DNA of 64,000 nt from the human T2T-CHM13v2.0 reference genome, Homo sapiens. This document shows positions 1 through 12,080 of the stretch, in pieces (positions within the stretch are counted from its first letter, which is position 1; every line of letters starts with the position of its first letter). The DNA is taken from the NCBI RefSeq assembly GCF_009914755.1, contig NC_060933.1; one strand, given 5' to 3'. The notes beneath the pieces are model-generated. The model was not told the origin of the DNA and made no database searches. It saw only the letters and a program-made list of their open reading frames with translations. The position numbers and the translations under genes were made by a program.

Positions 1-216
1 GATTTCTTTTGGGATATATAGCGAGCAATGGGATTGCTGGATCATATGGTAGCTCAATTTTCAGCTTTTTGGGGAAACTTCCAAATTGTTCTCCCTAATG
101 GTTGTATTAACTTACATTTCTTATTTTGAGAAATGTCTGTTCACATCTTTCACCCATTTTTAAGTGCATTATTAGAATTTTTTCCTGCAGAGTTTTTGAG
201 CTCCTTATATATATCC
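1..216 (-). mobile_element. Old LINE-1 fragment (L1M/L1PB-type, ORF2 3' part), runs off window start
   Basis: gggatatata...atgggattgctggatcatatggtagctc and gagaaatgtctgttcacatc are antisense L1 ORF2 3' sequence; internally deleted. Confidence 0.75.
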
Positions 217-223
217 TCTTTAT

Positions 224-981
224 TCATCCGATTACAATTCTTCAAATAAATGCTTCAGGATCTTGATCCTGCTTCTTTAAAATTCCCATTGAAAGCTCTG
301 TTCTTGTCTGCAGCTAATCTGGGCACAACAGTTTTAGCATGCACTGAGTAGAAAGTCTGCTCAACTTTAATTTTTCAGTCAGAATTGTGTAAGTTGCACC
401 AGGTGAGATGCCTATGGTGTTGATTATTTTTGCTGTTAATCATCAGTCCTCTTCAATTAGGGCATGAACAAGATTAATTTTTTTCCTCACATGTTGATGT
501 GGGTGGTCTGCTTCTGTGTGCTTCATTTTCCACATCATCTTGTCCCTTCTTAAAATGAGTTATTCATTGTGGAGCTTGCAGTGAGCCGAGATCGTGCCAC
601 TGCACTCCAGCCTGGGTGACAGAGCAAGACTCTGTCTCAAAAAAAAAAAAAAAAAAAAGAGCTATTCATTTGTAAACCGCTGATTTCTTTGGAACATTGT
701 CCCCATAAACTTTTTGTAGAGCATTAGTGATTTCACCATTCTTCCACCCAAGCTTCACCATGAATTTAATATTTGTTCTCGCTTCATTTTTAACAAAATT
801 TATGTTGCTCTAATGTGGGCCCTATTCAAACTGATGTCTTATTCTCTTTGTGCTTTAAAATAGATCTTATTCAGACATGTTATAAAAATTTAGTATGTGC
901 TTATTTTGGGGCAGAACATAATTTGAAACCCTTGCATAAGTTTTTCATAATATGCATTTTCATAAACTTTTTGAAGTCCTA
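224..981 (-). mobile_element. Hsmar2 mariner DNA transposon, 5' portion (left TIR plus decayed transposase N-terminus)
   Basis: Minus strand translates INFVKNEARTNIKFMVKLGWKNGEITNALQKVYGDNVPKKSAVYK*, matching Hsmar2 transposase as recalled (MNSAKIEARTNIKFMVKLGWKNGEI...). TIR-like cattttcataaactttttgaagtcct at ~955-980. Breaks near the RIVTGDE motif at ~225-240. Confidence 0.9.
569..658 (+). mobile_element. 5'-truncated AluY-type 3' end inserted in Hsmar2
   Basis: ggagcttgcagtgagccgagatcgtgccactgcactccagcctggg plus A20 tail; imperfect TSD aaaatgagttattcatt (552-568) / aaaagagctattcatt (655-670). Confidence 0.9.
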
Positions 982-2421
982 TTTTGTCTAAAGTTTGACT
1001 GTATACATACAATATAACTAACAAAAACTCATTTCTAAGAAAATTCTTGCACAAATGAGGTAGGAGATAGTCACAAACATGCTCTCTGAGTATTATTTGT
1101 AGTATGTGGGACATGAAAGAATGCATAAAAAGGGGTAAGTTGTAAAAATATTATATTATTTCCATATACTTTACATGGGATACTACACTATTACTTAAAA
1201 TAAATGATCTAAATCTTATGGATCCCAAAAGAGGTTGAATAAAGAAGCCAGATATAGATGATTTCATGGGTATAATTTTGGGAAGCACATGATTTTTATA
1301 AATGTACAGCCTTTATATACGTAACAAAAGTATATAAACGGGAGAGCTTCAGGTCAAATTCATGGTAATTGTATCTGGGGATGAAGAGGAATGGGGCTTT
1401 GGAGGTGAACGCAGGGACTTCAACTCTAATTTTTGTAAAATTATGTTGAAAATATGTTCATATGATAGTCTTTATTTGTTTATTTGAAGAGGTAGTTACT
1501 TGAATGTTCATTATATTAGTCTTTGTAGTTTCAAGTTTTAAAAAATCACTCTTTTGAAAATAAGATTGGACTGGGCTTATCTAGAAAAATAGGATATGTT
1601 TAAAAGAAAATATATTGAGGATTAAGTTCAAATGATATAATAGTACAAAATAATTAATAATTTGTAATCATGTTACTAGAGTGAAATAAAAACTGGCATT
1701 TGAAATTCTTCTGGAAATTGCATATTAGATAGAAGAACTAAGGTGATGGTTCAAGAAATATGTTAAATGTGTTTAAATGTTGAACTCACGAAGGACACTA
1801 CAAGGATATATGGTCCTTTTGTGTGAATTACTGAAGGTACCCTCTCCATAGGAATGAATTACAAAATCACATATGTTTCTTATGGATGTATGATAATATA
1901 GCATCCCTTCCTCTGGCTTATGCAACACCAGGCCTAGAAAGTGACTTGACTAACTGGATTTCAGCACTCAATTACACCCCTAGCCAGGAGCTTCCCTGCA
2001 CTGGTAATACTCAACAAATTTAATCTTTAATCATGCTGCTGTGGAAATTTTATGACATAAGAGAGCATCAGTATTGCATATTTTGGCTTATTCCTATACT
2101 TTGTGTAGCATAAAATGCATTATCCATTCTGCTGATAATATGATTTTAGAGTTTATATTCATGAGCAATGCAAGTTTTAGTAATTTTACTGTAGTCTCTA
2201 CCTAGGCGTAGTCATAGAGTAACCAAAATTTATGCCAGACAAATTATCAGAATTCACCTGAAACCTCTTGTTTCTGAGTTTTGGTATCTTATAGTCAACC
2301 TGGGCCAGCTATAACAGGTTGATAGCTTATAACTTCTATGGATATGTCAAAGAACCATATATACACTCATACATACATACATATATTTGTATAATTTGTA
2401 TATTTCTGTCTATGTTTATGT

Positions 2422-2424
<3 letters not shown>

Positions 2425-2455
<31 letters not shown>
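2425..2455. repeat. (CA)n microsatellite
   Basis: Direct reading. Confidence 0.95.
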
Positions 2456-2459
<4 letters not shown>

Positions 2460-2838
2460 CTGTTGAGTGTTGTTAATGTGGGCCAGATAAACAGCTTCAG
2501 AGGGAGTTAAAGAAAGATGCCATCTTTGAACCCACTTGTGAATGGCTCATTATCTGCTATATTCACTTATTTTGTTCACCAAAGTTGCAGCCTCTGAAAC
2601 CAATAATGAAAAATGCACCTTGATACTTCTATTGTCTGTAATGAACCTAATCACATACTGCAAAAGAACATATCTTATGTGTTTGACTATAATTAACCAA
2701 TACTAAAACTTAAAAGACCTATAGCTTTGTATAAGCTCCATTTCCACTTAAGTACAATGTGGTTGTACATTTTAAAATATAAGAATTTCTCATGTTAATA
2801 AGAATCTCTAATGTTATTGTGTTTGTGTCCATGAATGT

Positions 2839-2871
<33 letters not shown>

Positions 2872-2883
2872 CACACACACACA
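2839..2883. repeat. Imperfect (CA)n microsatellite
   Basis: Direct reading. Confidence 0.9.
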
Positions 2884-3127
2884 TCTATAAATGAACCTGG
2901 CCGTAGCCAATATTTTGAATTTTTAGTCCAGCAAGTGAGCCATAAATAATACAAATATTCTGCAAGTTATTTGGGCCAAAATATAGGGAAGGCAAACTAA
3001 GTCCTGGAAAATCATGAGTACAGATGTCAGAGAGGGACAATAAAAATATTAAGTTTTAATAATTAAACCTCTGGGCTGAGATAAGCTGAATTGGATACAG
3101 TGGAATGAAAAGGAAGCAGAAGGAATG

Positions 3128-4548
3128 GTATCCAAAACAGCATGGTGCTGGTACCAAAACAGAGATATAGACCAATGGAACAGAACAGAGCCCTCAGAAA
3201 TAATACCACACATTTACAACTATCTGATCTTTGACAAACCTGACAAAAACAAGAAATGGGGAAAGGATTCCCTATTTAACAAATGGTGCTGGGAAAACTG
3301 GCTAGCCATATGTAGAAAGCTGAAACTGGATCCCTTCCTTATACCTTACACAAAAATTTATTCAAGATGGATTAAAGACTTCAATGTTAGACCTAAAACC
3401 ATAAAATCCCTAGAAGAAAACCTAGGCAATACCATTCAGGACATAGGCATGGGCAAGGACATGATATCTAAAACACCAAAAGCAATGGCAACAAAAGCCA
3501 AAGTTGACAAATGGGATCTAATTAAACTAAAGAGCTTCTGCACAGCAAAAGAAACTACCATCAGAGTGAACAGGCAACCTACAGAATGGGAGAAAAATTT
3601 TGCAATCTACTCATCTGACAAAGGACTAATATCCAGAATCTACAAAGAACTCAAACAAATTTACAAGAAAAAAACAAATAACCCCATCAACAAGTGGGCG
3701 AAGGATATGAACAGACACTTCTCAAAAGAAGACATTTATGCAGCCAACAGACACATGAAAAAATGCTCATCATCACTGGCCATCAGAGAAATGCAAATCA
3801 AAACCACAATGAGACACCATGTCACACCAGTTAGAATGGCAATCATTAAAAAGTCAGGAAACAACAGGTGCTAGGGAGGATGTGGAGAAATAGGAACACT
3901 TTTACACTGTTGGTGGGACTGTAAACTAGTTCAGCCATTGTGGAAGACAGTGTGGTGATTCCTCAGGGATCTAGAACTAGAAATACCATTTGACCTAGCC
4001 ATCCATTACTGCGTATATACCCAAAGGAATATAAATCATGCTGCTATAAAGACACATGCACATGTATGTTTATTGCGGCACTACTCACAATAGCAAAGAC
4101 TTGGAACCAACCCAAATGTCCAACAATGATAGACTGGATTAAGAAAATGTGGCACATATACACCATGGATACTATGCAGCCATAAAAAATGATGAGTTCA
4201 TGTCCTTTGTAGGGACATGGATGAAGCTGGAAACCATCATTCTTAGCAAACTATTGCAAGGACGAAAAACCAAACACCGCATGTTCTCACTCATAGATGG
4301 GAACTGAAGAATGAGAACACTTGGACACAGGAAAGGTAACATCACGCACTGGGGCCTGTTGTGGGGTAGGGAGAGAGGGGAGGGATAGCATTAGGAGATA
4401 TACCTAATGTAAATGACGAGTTAATGGGTTCAGCACACCAACATGGCACATGTATACATATGTAACAAACCTGCACGTTGTGCACATGTACCCTAGAACT
4501 TAAGGTATAATAAAAAATAAATAAATAAATAAATAATAAATAAATATA
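3128..4548 (+). mobile_element. 5'-truncated LINE-1, L1PA5-like (ORF2 C-terminal part, 3'UTR, A-rich tail)
   Basis: ORF 3125..3874 is L1 ORF2p ([17 protein letters not shown]...[13 protein letters not shown]...KKSGNNRC*); 3'UTR tacctaatgtaaatgacgagttaatggg; (AAAT)n tail. Confidence 0.97.
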
Positions 4549-4639
4549 AGGAAAAAAAGCTAACAGAGAGAAATGGGAAAGAAAACATTAGAATATGCCT
4601 TCCCTGAGAAAAATCTACACCTTAAGAAAAAACTAGGAG

Positions 4640-4760
4640 TTTGGAAAGAGCACTATTCTGAAAGTTAGGAGACAAAGATTTTAAATGAGTCTCTGACATT
4701 ACAAAGTTGTTGATTTCTGGGCAAATCATCTCCCTTGCCTGGGCCATGTTTATTTATCCA
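4640..4760 (+). mobile_element. MIR SINE relic
   Basis: ggaaagagcact...ctgggcaaatcatctcccttgcctgggcc resembles the MIR core. Confidence 0.55.
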
Positions 4761-6204
4761 GCTGCTCTTGCATCTCCATGTCCCTCCAAGACACTATAAG
4801 CCTTCATAATCCCTTTTCATGGTATGCAGAGATTACTGTTAATGAGGTGCCTATCCTTTAATCTTATCTATGCAACATCAGCACCATTTTTTAATTCAAT
4901 GTTTTTTGCCACAATCTCACTAACAGCTGGCCATTGCAAAAGTTTTGAATCTATCAGCAAGTCAGATTCCCAGTAGTTCACAGTATGGTGTTCATGCTCC
5001 ACTGAAAAACTCTACTTCCTTTAATAAATTCCAAGGCCTTAAAACATCTTAAAACATGGAGTTCAGTGGAACAACTTTGGTATTACATAATCATCAACTG
5101 TCCCTTCAATATCCTAGTATTTTCTCCACAGAATTTTACCATATTAGGTCTGAGTATTTATATCAGTCTCTTCAAGTGGTATTGTTTTAAATCTATTAAG
5201 AACAAATTCAGCTTAGCGGGGAGACCAACATAGGTATCGCTTGGGGAAAGTGCAAAATTATTTGTAGAATAAAATCTCCCCAAAAATAGTTAGACCAGTC
5301 AGACCTATTAGCAGCATTTTCAAAGTAGACAAAAATAGTGCACAATTATGACCCCCTGAAATTCTCATCCTAGGCGTTCACGTTTGGGTATATTAACAAG
5401 TGAAGAAAGAAGAGTCATCTCAGATGTTCAGGAAGCTCAACTGGCCCTGCAAAGTCTAGCCAGAGAGATGCAGTTCAAATAGGCTTGCATGGATGTTTGC
5501 TGAGCACCACCACATCAAGACCAATGCATTTCATAAATCTCATGCTCATCGTTATACAACATGAAATATAATTAGAGTGAGATTCAGTAGAGTCAGGCCT
5601 GAGTCCTCACAGATTTGATTTAACACTCTCAGTTTCCACAAGCTAAAGCAGTTTGGTCATAGTAATTTCTTGAATTTTTAGCTATTGCATTAGCATCAGA
5701 GCTAGTTTCCCAGATGTTCCTGAGAGTCATCCTAATAGTCCCTCAGACCTGCTATAAAGCCTTTCCTAACCAGGATCAAACCCTAATTTAAGCAGGCTGG
5801 AGCCTGAAGCACATGATGTTTCTGGGGCCCTTTGTGGGTACAAAAGTGGACTGTACTGCCCTTCTCATTACAGAGCACCAGTTAAAGGTGACAAAAAAGA
5901 CAACACAGAGTAACAACGTAGGAATTTAGAGGAGGAGGAAGGAGATGCTATCTAAAAAAGACAGCAATCCAAAGACAATCCCAAGAGTGTGAGCTGAGGC
6001 TTAGAAATTGGCCGGAGGGAAAAGAGTAAGTGAGCTGGGAAGCCATTGCTGGAAGCCTGTGAAGGATTCTGAGAAGACTACCTAGAAGAAATAATTTGAA
6101 CTGCCCAGCATATAGTCAGTTACATCTTGGTTAGGCATTGCTCTGACTGTAAGCCTTCTGCAAAAATGTTATTATAAAGCCTGTGTCAATCCTTCCTCCA
6201 AGTA

Positions 6205-6264
6205 GGATGGATGGATGGATGGATGGATGGATGGATGGATGGATGGATGGATGGATGCATGGAT
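6205..6264. repeat. (GGAT)n tetranucleotide microsatellite
   Basis: About 13 perfect GGAT units followed by gcatggat. Confidence 0.97.
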
Positions 6265-6629
6265 AAAGGAATTGATATTAATGAAATAATATACAAAATA
6301 CTTTCATTTTCTGTGTAAATACAAGTTTCTTTTATTTTCTAAACTATCTTTAAAAGCATTAATATCAGACCCTTAAAGCCAGGGAGTTCTGCCAAATGGT
6401 TGCATTGTTAATAATGTGGCCACCATGGTGGTTAAAGATTCAAATTCTATGGAGTCAGAAAGAAATCCCAGAAGATTTGAAATTAACTGTGTGTATATTT
6501 TAATATATGAATGCTTCTAAATATGTTTTCAAAGTTCATATGGATTGACTGTCCCTCTGACTAACTTCTTAGAGTAATTCTTAGTGGTACAGAATCTTTT
6601 AAAGAAATCTTGCATTGACATTTTCTATG

Positions 6630-6792
6630 TGTTTGACATTGGGCTGTTATTTTAAACTCTTCAATCTTAAATTTGCCTCAACTTCAAAATTGAAACGCCA
6701 ATGTCTCAGTCAAAGTTGTTATGGAAATTAGTGGAATGATTCATGTAATGTGCCCAATGTCTGTTTGTCACTCAAGAAATGCTCAAAAAATG
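6630..6792 (+). mobile_element. MIR SINE relic
   Basis: tgacattgggc...gttgttatggaaattagtggaatgattcatgtaatgtgc...gctcaaaaaatg resembles the MIR 3' half. Confidence 0.5.
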
Positions 6793-8654
6793 AATTTTTT
6801 TACTAACTTTATGAACTTCCAGAAAAGGTATATGATATTTAGAAATTAACAATGAGATGAAAATCATATAATTCTAGCACAAAATTATAACACAAATTAT
6901 GTGGAAACTATAATTTTATATGTAATGATATCAAGGATACATTTAAAACAAAAAAAGCCATTAACTAATAAATTCTATGATATTTCTATACTCATAACAC
7001 AAATAATATTACAAAGTCTAAATGACTTAAACCCTTCTAAATATTAGTTGTGAATCACTAAGTAAAATAATTCTTTAAAATTATATTTAAATATAACCCT
7101 GTTATAAATATTCTCTGCTTTTTGTTATTTTTCTATTGTACAAGTAATACATGAAGTTACAAAAAATGCCTGTGACCAAAGTATATTTTCAAAAATCATG
7201 TTAGGCTATCCCTGGAGATAACCCCTGCTAACACATTGTAAATAAGTTTCTAGAGCATGTATATATCCTTTTATGCATATGCATACATGCATATAGGCAT
7301 GCTTTTAGAAAAATAGGAACATATAATCATGTTATAAATACAATTTTGTACACTTCTTATTCAATTATACATCCATTTTCTTAATGTCCTTAACAACTTT
7401 CCAAGTAAAATATGCTGCAATATACTGTGTAATACAGTGACTGAACAGAGGTGTAGCTATTCTGAATTCTGACGTAAAGAAGTTGCTTTAGAGATCAGAG
7501 GCTTCTGGACACTGGGTTATAATTTTATTTTATAAAATAGAACATCTTGTTCTATTTTTAAGTTTTTCACTTAGTCCTTAACCCATATTTTATTCCATGG
7601 TTTTGAAACCATGACATAGAGGTTTGTAAAATACCTTGTGATCTTTGGTTGAAAATGCTGAATATTATTATAACTATTTATCGTCACACAGTAGAAACCC
7701 TTGACTTGAAAAGGCATTGTTTTGTTTTCCTGATGCAATAGAGGAAGTTATTGTGTTTTTGGCTGTAGCTATTGCTATTAATTCTCCAACTTTTATGTCC
7801 ATGAACCACCATCCTCAAATTCTTTTCTTCCAATTTTCATCAATATAGCTATATATAATCTTGCTTTTGCAGTGAGAAAACACGGACCAACAATGCATTA
7901 CAATTGACAAGCTTATGTAAAATTAAATATTACCTTTTGACTTGAGCAGACCTTCATACCAGCTCTGAATTTGAAATCATTTTTCATATGAACCTATGCA
8001 TTAATTGAGTATTATAAGACAATCAGTAGGCAACAATATTAACATCAAACATTTTCTTTATTAATAAGTATTAGTAGTAATAAAAATTTCCATTACTCAG
8101 CATTCAAAGTCAACAAAACTCAATTAGCAATGACCTTATTTACCTAGAATAGATGACAAATAGTTTCTTATAACTCAGTAATATAAAAAAATCGTTTAAA
8201 ACAAAGATTTAAACAAGTTATTTTAACCACAAACACAATTTGAGAATTTAACTCAAGTAGGTTACTCATACCATTATCATGATACTGTGATTTGATACTA
8301 TGATTTTTTTCTATGTTCCATCATAGGTTTATTTCCTAAAATGCCTTCTTCATCAACAACCTATTAGTTGTTAAGGTATCATACTTTCTGCCTAAATCTT
8401 ACAGTCTTTAAAAAAATAACGAGTCAGAGTACTAAATTTTGCATGTTCTGAAAACGTACTAGAGAATGCTACCCATAAAGAGATGGCATTTTATAGTGAG
8501 CCTGAGGAGAGCATAATTCCATTTACATCTTGACCTCTAACCTCATCTATATATTGCCCAAATGGCAGTGACATTGATCAGTAAGTTGTAATAGAAGAAA
8601 ACACTCCATGGCAACATAACATAGGACATTCATATTCTCTACCTGCCACTGTTG

Positions 8655-8820
8655 TGTGGATTGAATCGACTGGCAGAGGCAGTAAGAACTTAATTGAAAG
8701 CCTGATTCTCATTTATTTGTCATGTGTCCTGGAAAAGCTACTTTTCCTTTTGAGCATTGGTCTCATTTTTAATATGGGAATAAGAGTACTTTTCTTGCAT
8801 AGCAGTTTGGAAGACTGCAA
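8655..8820 (+). mobile_element. MIR SINE relic
   Basis: tgtgtcctggaaaagctacttttccttttgagcattggtctcatttttaatatgggaataag resembles the MIR core. Confidence 0.6.
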
Positions 8821-9228
8821 CTGCTGTATATACTAGCTGGGACCCGCTCCCAGTACCTACTAGCAATTTGAGGAAAGGTAACTATAATTATGATAGTTGT
8901 TGTCAAACATGCCACTCAAATTTTCCGGGAAATAGGCTAGAGAGTCTTTATGTTTTTCTCCCACCTGCCCCTTCATTGACCCCATCTGCATTTTAAGATA
9001 GAAAAATTTATTATACCACTTGAAAGCAATTGAGTAAACGAAAGAAAACAATACAATAAAATACTGTCTATGGCAAGTACCTCGATCGATCAGACACCCT
9101 TATTCAAGAACTTCCTTCACCAAGAAACTTAATTCAAAACTTTCTTCTTTTTTACCCTCTCTCGCACCCTTCTTTATCTTCCCCTTTCTCTCTTTTTCTC
9201 AAATTTACTCTTCTTTCTCCCTTTTACT

Positions 9229-9241
9229 TCTCTCTCTCTCT

Positions 9242-9292
<51 letters not shown>
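9229..9292. repeat. (CT)n(CA)n compound microsatellite
   Basis: Direct reading; about 24 CA units. Confidence 0.97.
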
Positions 9293-9295
<3 letters not shown>

Positions 9296-9394
9296 CAAGG
9301 GCATGCAAGCACATGCACAGAAACATCTAACAATTTATTCCAAAGCTATTTTTTATTCTTCTATTTTCATTTACAGACACTCTAAAATATTTTT

Positions 9395-9946
9395 TTCATC
9401 ACTATCTTTTTTATTATTATTATTATACTTTAAGTTTTAGGGTACATGTGCACAATGTGCAGGTTACATATGTATATATGTGCCATGCTGGTGTGCTGCA
9501 CCCATTAACTCGTCATTTAGCATTAGGTATATCTCCTAATGCTATCCCTCCCCCCTCCCCCCACCCCACAACAGTCCCCAGAGTGTGATGTTCCCCTTCC
9601 TGTGTCCATGTGTTCTCATTGTTCAATTCCCACCTATGAGTGAGAACATGCAGTGTTTGGTTTTTTTGTCCTTGCGATAGTTTACTGAGAATGATGATTT
9701 CCAATTTCATCCATGTCCCCACAAAGGATATGAACTCATCATTTTTTATGGCTGCATAGTATTCCAGGGATCTAGAACTAGAAATACCATTTGACCCAGC
9801 CATCCCATTACTGGGTATATACCCAAAGGACTATAAATCATGCTGCTATAAAGACACATGCACACATATGTTTATTGTGGCACTATTCACAATAGCAAAG
9901 ATTTGGAACCAACCCAAATGTCCAACAATGATAGACTGGATTAAGA
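9395..9946 (-). mobile_element. 5'-truncated, 5'-inverted LINE-1 (L1PA3-like)
   Basis: Minus-strand 3'UTR 9407-9766 joined to plus-strand segment 9765-9946; 20-bp TSD agacactctaaaatattttt at 9375-9394 and 9944-9963. Confidence 0.95.
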
Positions 9947-11280
9947 CACTCTAAAATATTTTTAAGGATTTTTGTGCTTACTAGAAAGACTGTCAATGAT
10001 GTCTCTGACTTCAAGCTTTGAGGAATCGGTGCTTTTTTCTTCTTAGAAATTTATGCATGCAAATATCATATAGTAGCCTTACACAAGCAATAGTGTAGGC
10101 TTTTAATGTAAAACATGTAGAAGAATATCTTCAGTTAACTCCTGATAAATTCTGAGAATAACATATATATGTTATTATATACATATATATATTCATATAT
10201 CCCTGAGGTCTGTTTAGATATTTATTTCTAAAGGTCCTTTTGCCTATATAAAAGACTCTACTTTCATTTTTCTCTCTCTCTATCCTATCTCCTCTTAATG
10301 CAACATATAATATTTATGAGCCATATATCTTTTTATTTTTGCATTAAGAAGGAGTTGTCATTCTACTTATGATCCAATGTTTTTTGTTAATTGTGTTCTC
10401 TTTCCTATTATACAAAACTCCCGAAATAGTTAAGTTAAAAATCTGGTGCTTAAATTTCAAAAAACTATGATGATTAAAAAAGCAGTTGTAATGATTAAAT
10501 AATGGCAGCCCTTTTCTGCCTTCCGCTCTCCTATCTGATGTTGGCTTTGAAATCTGTTCTGAAGCCTCTGAATTTTGGGGCAAGTTTTCCTCATGGGTGT
10601 TAGATATTTGGATGTAGCATGAACTGAAAGAAAATGTGAAGGATGAAATCTCCCAACTAATATGCCTCCAAAGTTACATCAGGATTCACAAAATAAGATA
10701 TTAGAAGGATGTGGCAGTATTACATTGTTCAGCAGCATCGCAAACCATCTGAATTGTAAGTGATATTCAGTGACCTCAGCTTGTCCTTGACGTTTGCTAG
10801 CAAAAAGATACTGCTGCAGTTAGAGCCCTGGCAGTGACTGGAGTCAGATTTAAAATGAAGAATGCTGCTGTTTTTGTCTCTACAAAACCAAGCTTGTAGA
10901 GCTTCTGAGAAGTACACCTGGCCTTTTAATGCATTAAAATGTTTTTTTCTGTAGTGTCATGCTCTTCCATGAAGCTAAGTAAATTGTTTCTCACGAGCAG
11001 GTAGCAAGTAATACGCCTGTGAACTTTCACTAATTCAAGTAGACTTACTGGGAAAATTTTTTTTCTGGGAAACCTTTTTGAATGCAGTTTTCAAGTGAGG
11101 AGATTGGATTAAATGGGAGAACATTGAAAAACTGACAACGCTAAATGCACTCTTAAAATGGTTTGAACCTACTTCTCATTCTTAATTTACCAGAAATTGT
11201 AACTTTTTCAAATGAACAAAAACAAAACAAACAAACAAAAAAAACCTTTGCATCCTTTAAAGATTAATGTCAGTTGAGGG

Positions 11281-12080
11281 TTTTTTGTTTTTTTTTTAAG
11301 TTCTGGGGTACATGTGCAGGATGTGCAGGTTTGTTACATAGGTAAACCTGTTCCATGGTGGTTTGCTGCACCTGTTAACCCATTACCTAGGTATTAGCCC
11401 AGCATGCATTAGCTATTTTTCCTAATGCTCTCCCTCCTCCACCCCACCCCTGACAGGCCACAGTATGTGTTGTTCCCCTCCCTGTGTCCATGTGTTCTCA
11501 TTGTCCAGCTCCCATTTATAAGTGAGAACATGTAGTTTTTGGTTTTCTGTTTCTGCATTAGTTTGCTGAGGATAATGGCTTCCAGCTCCATCCATGTCCC
11601 TGCAGAGGACATTATCTCATTCCTTTTTATGGCTACATAGTATTCCATGGTGTATATGTACCACATTTCTTTACCCAGCCTACAATTGATGAGCATTTGG
11701 GTTGATTCCATGTCTTTGCTATTGTGGATAGTGCTGCAATGAACATATGTAAGCATGTATCTTTGTAGTAGAATGATTTATATTCCTTTGAGTATATACC
11801 CAGTAATGGGATTGCTGGTTCAAATGATATTTCTGGTTCAAATGGTATTTCTGGTTCTGGTTCTAGATTTTTGAGGAACTGCAACACCGTCTTCAACAAT
11901 GGTTGAACTAATCTACATTCCCACCAACAGTGTAAAAGTGTTCCTATTTCTCCACAAACTCACTAGCATCTGTTGTTTCATGGCTTTTTAATAATCACCA
12001 TTCTGACTGTCATGACATCATATCTCACTGTGGTTTTGATTTGCATTTATCTAATGATCAGTGATGTTGAGTTTTTTTTC
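11281..12080 (-). mobile_element. 5'-truncated LINE-1 (L1PA8-11-like)
   Basis: Antisense 3'UTR cccagcatgcattagctatttttcctaatgctctccc; ORFs 11409..11756 and 11633..11899 are ORF2 C-terminal remnants; short internal tandem duplication at ~11815-11865. Confidence 0.93.

Noticed and set aside
3125-3874. 249-aa ORF as a host gene
   Set aside because: L1 ORF2 C-terminal fragment ending in a premature stop
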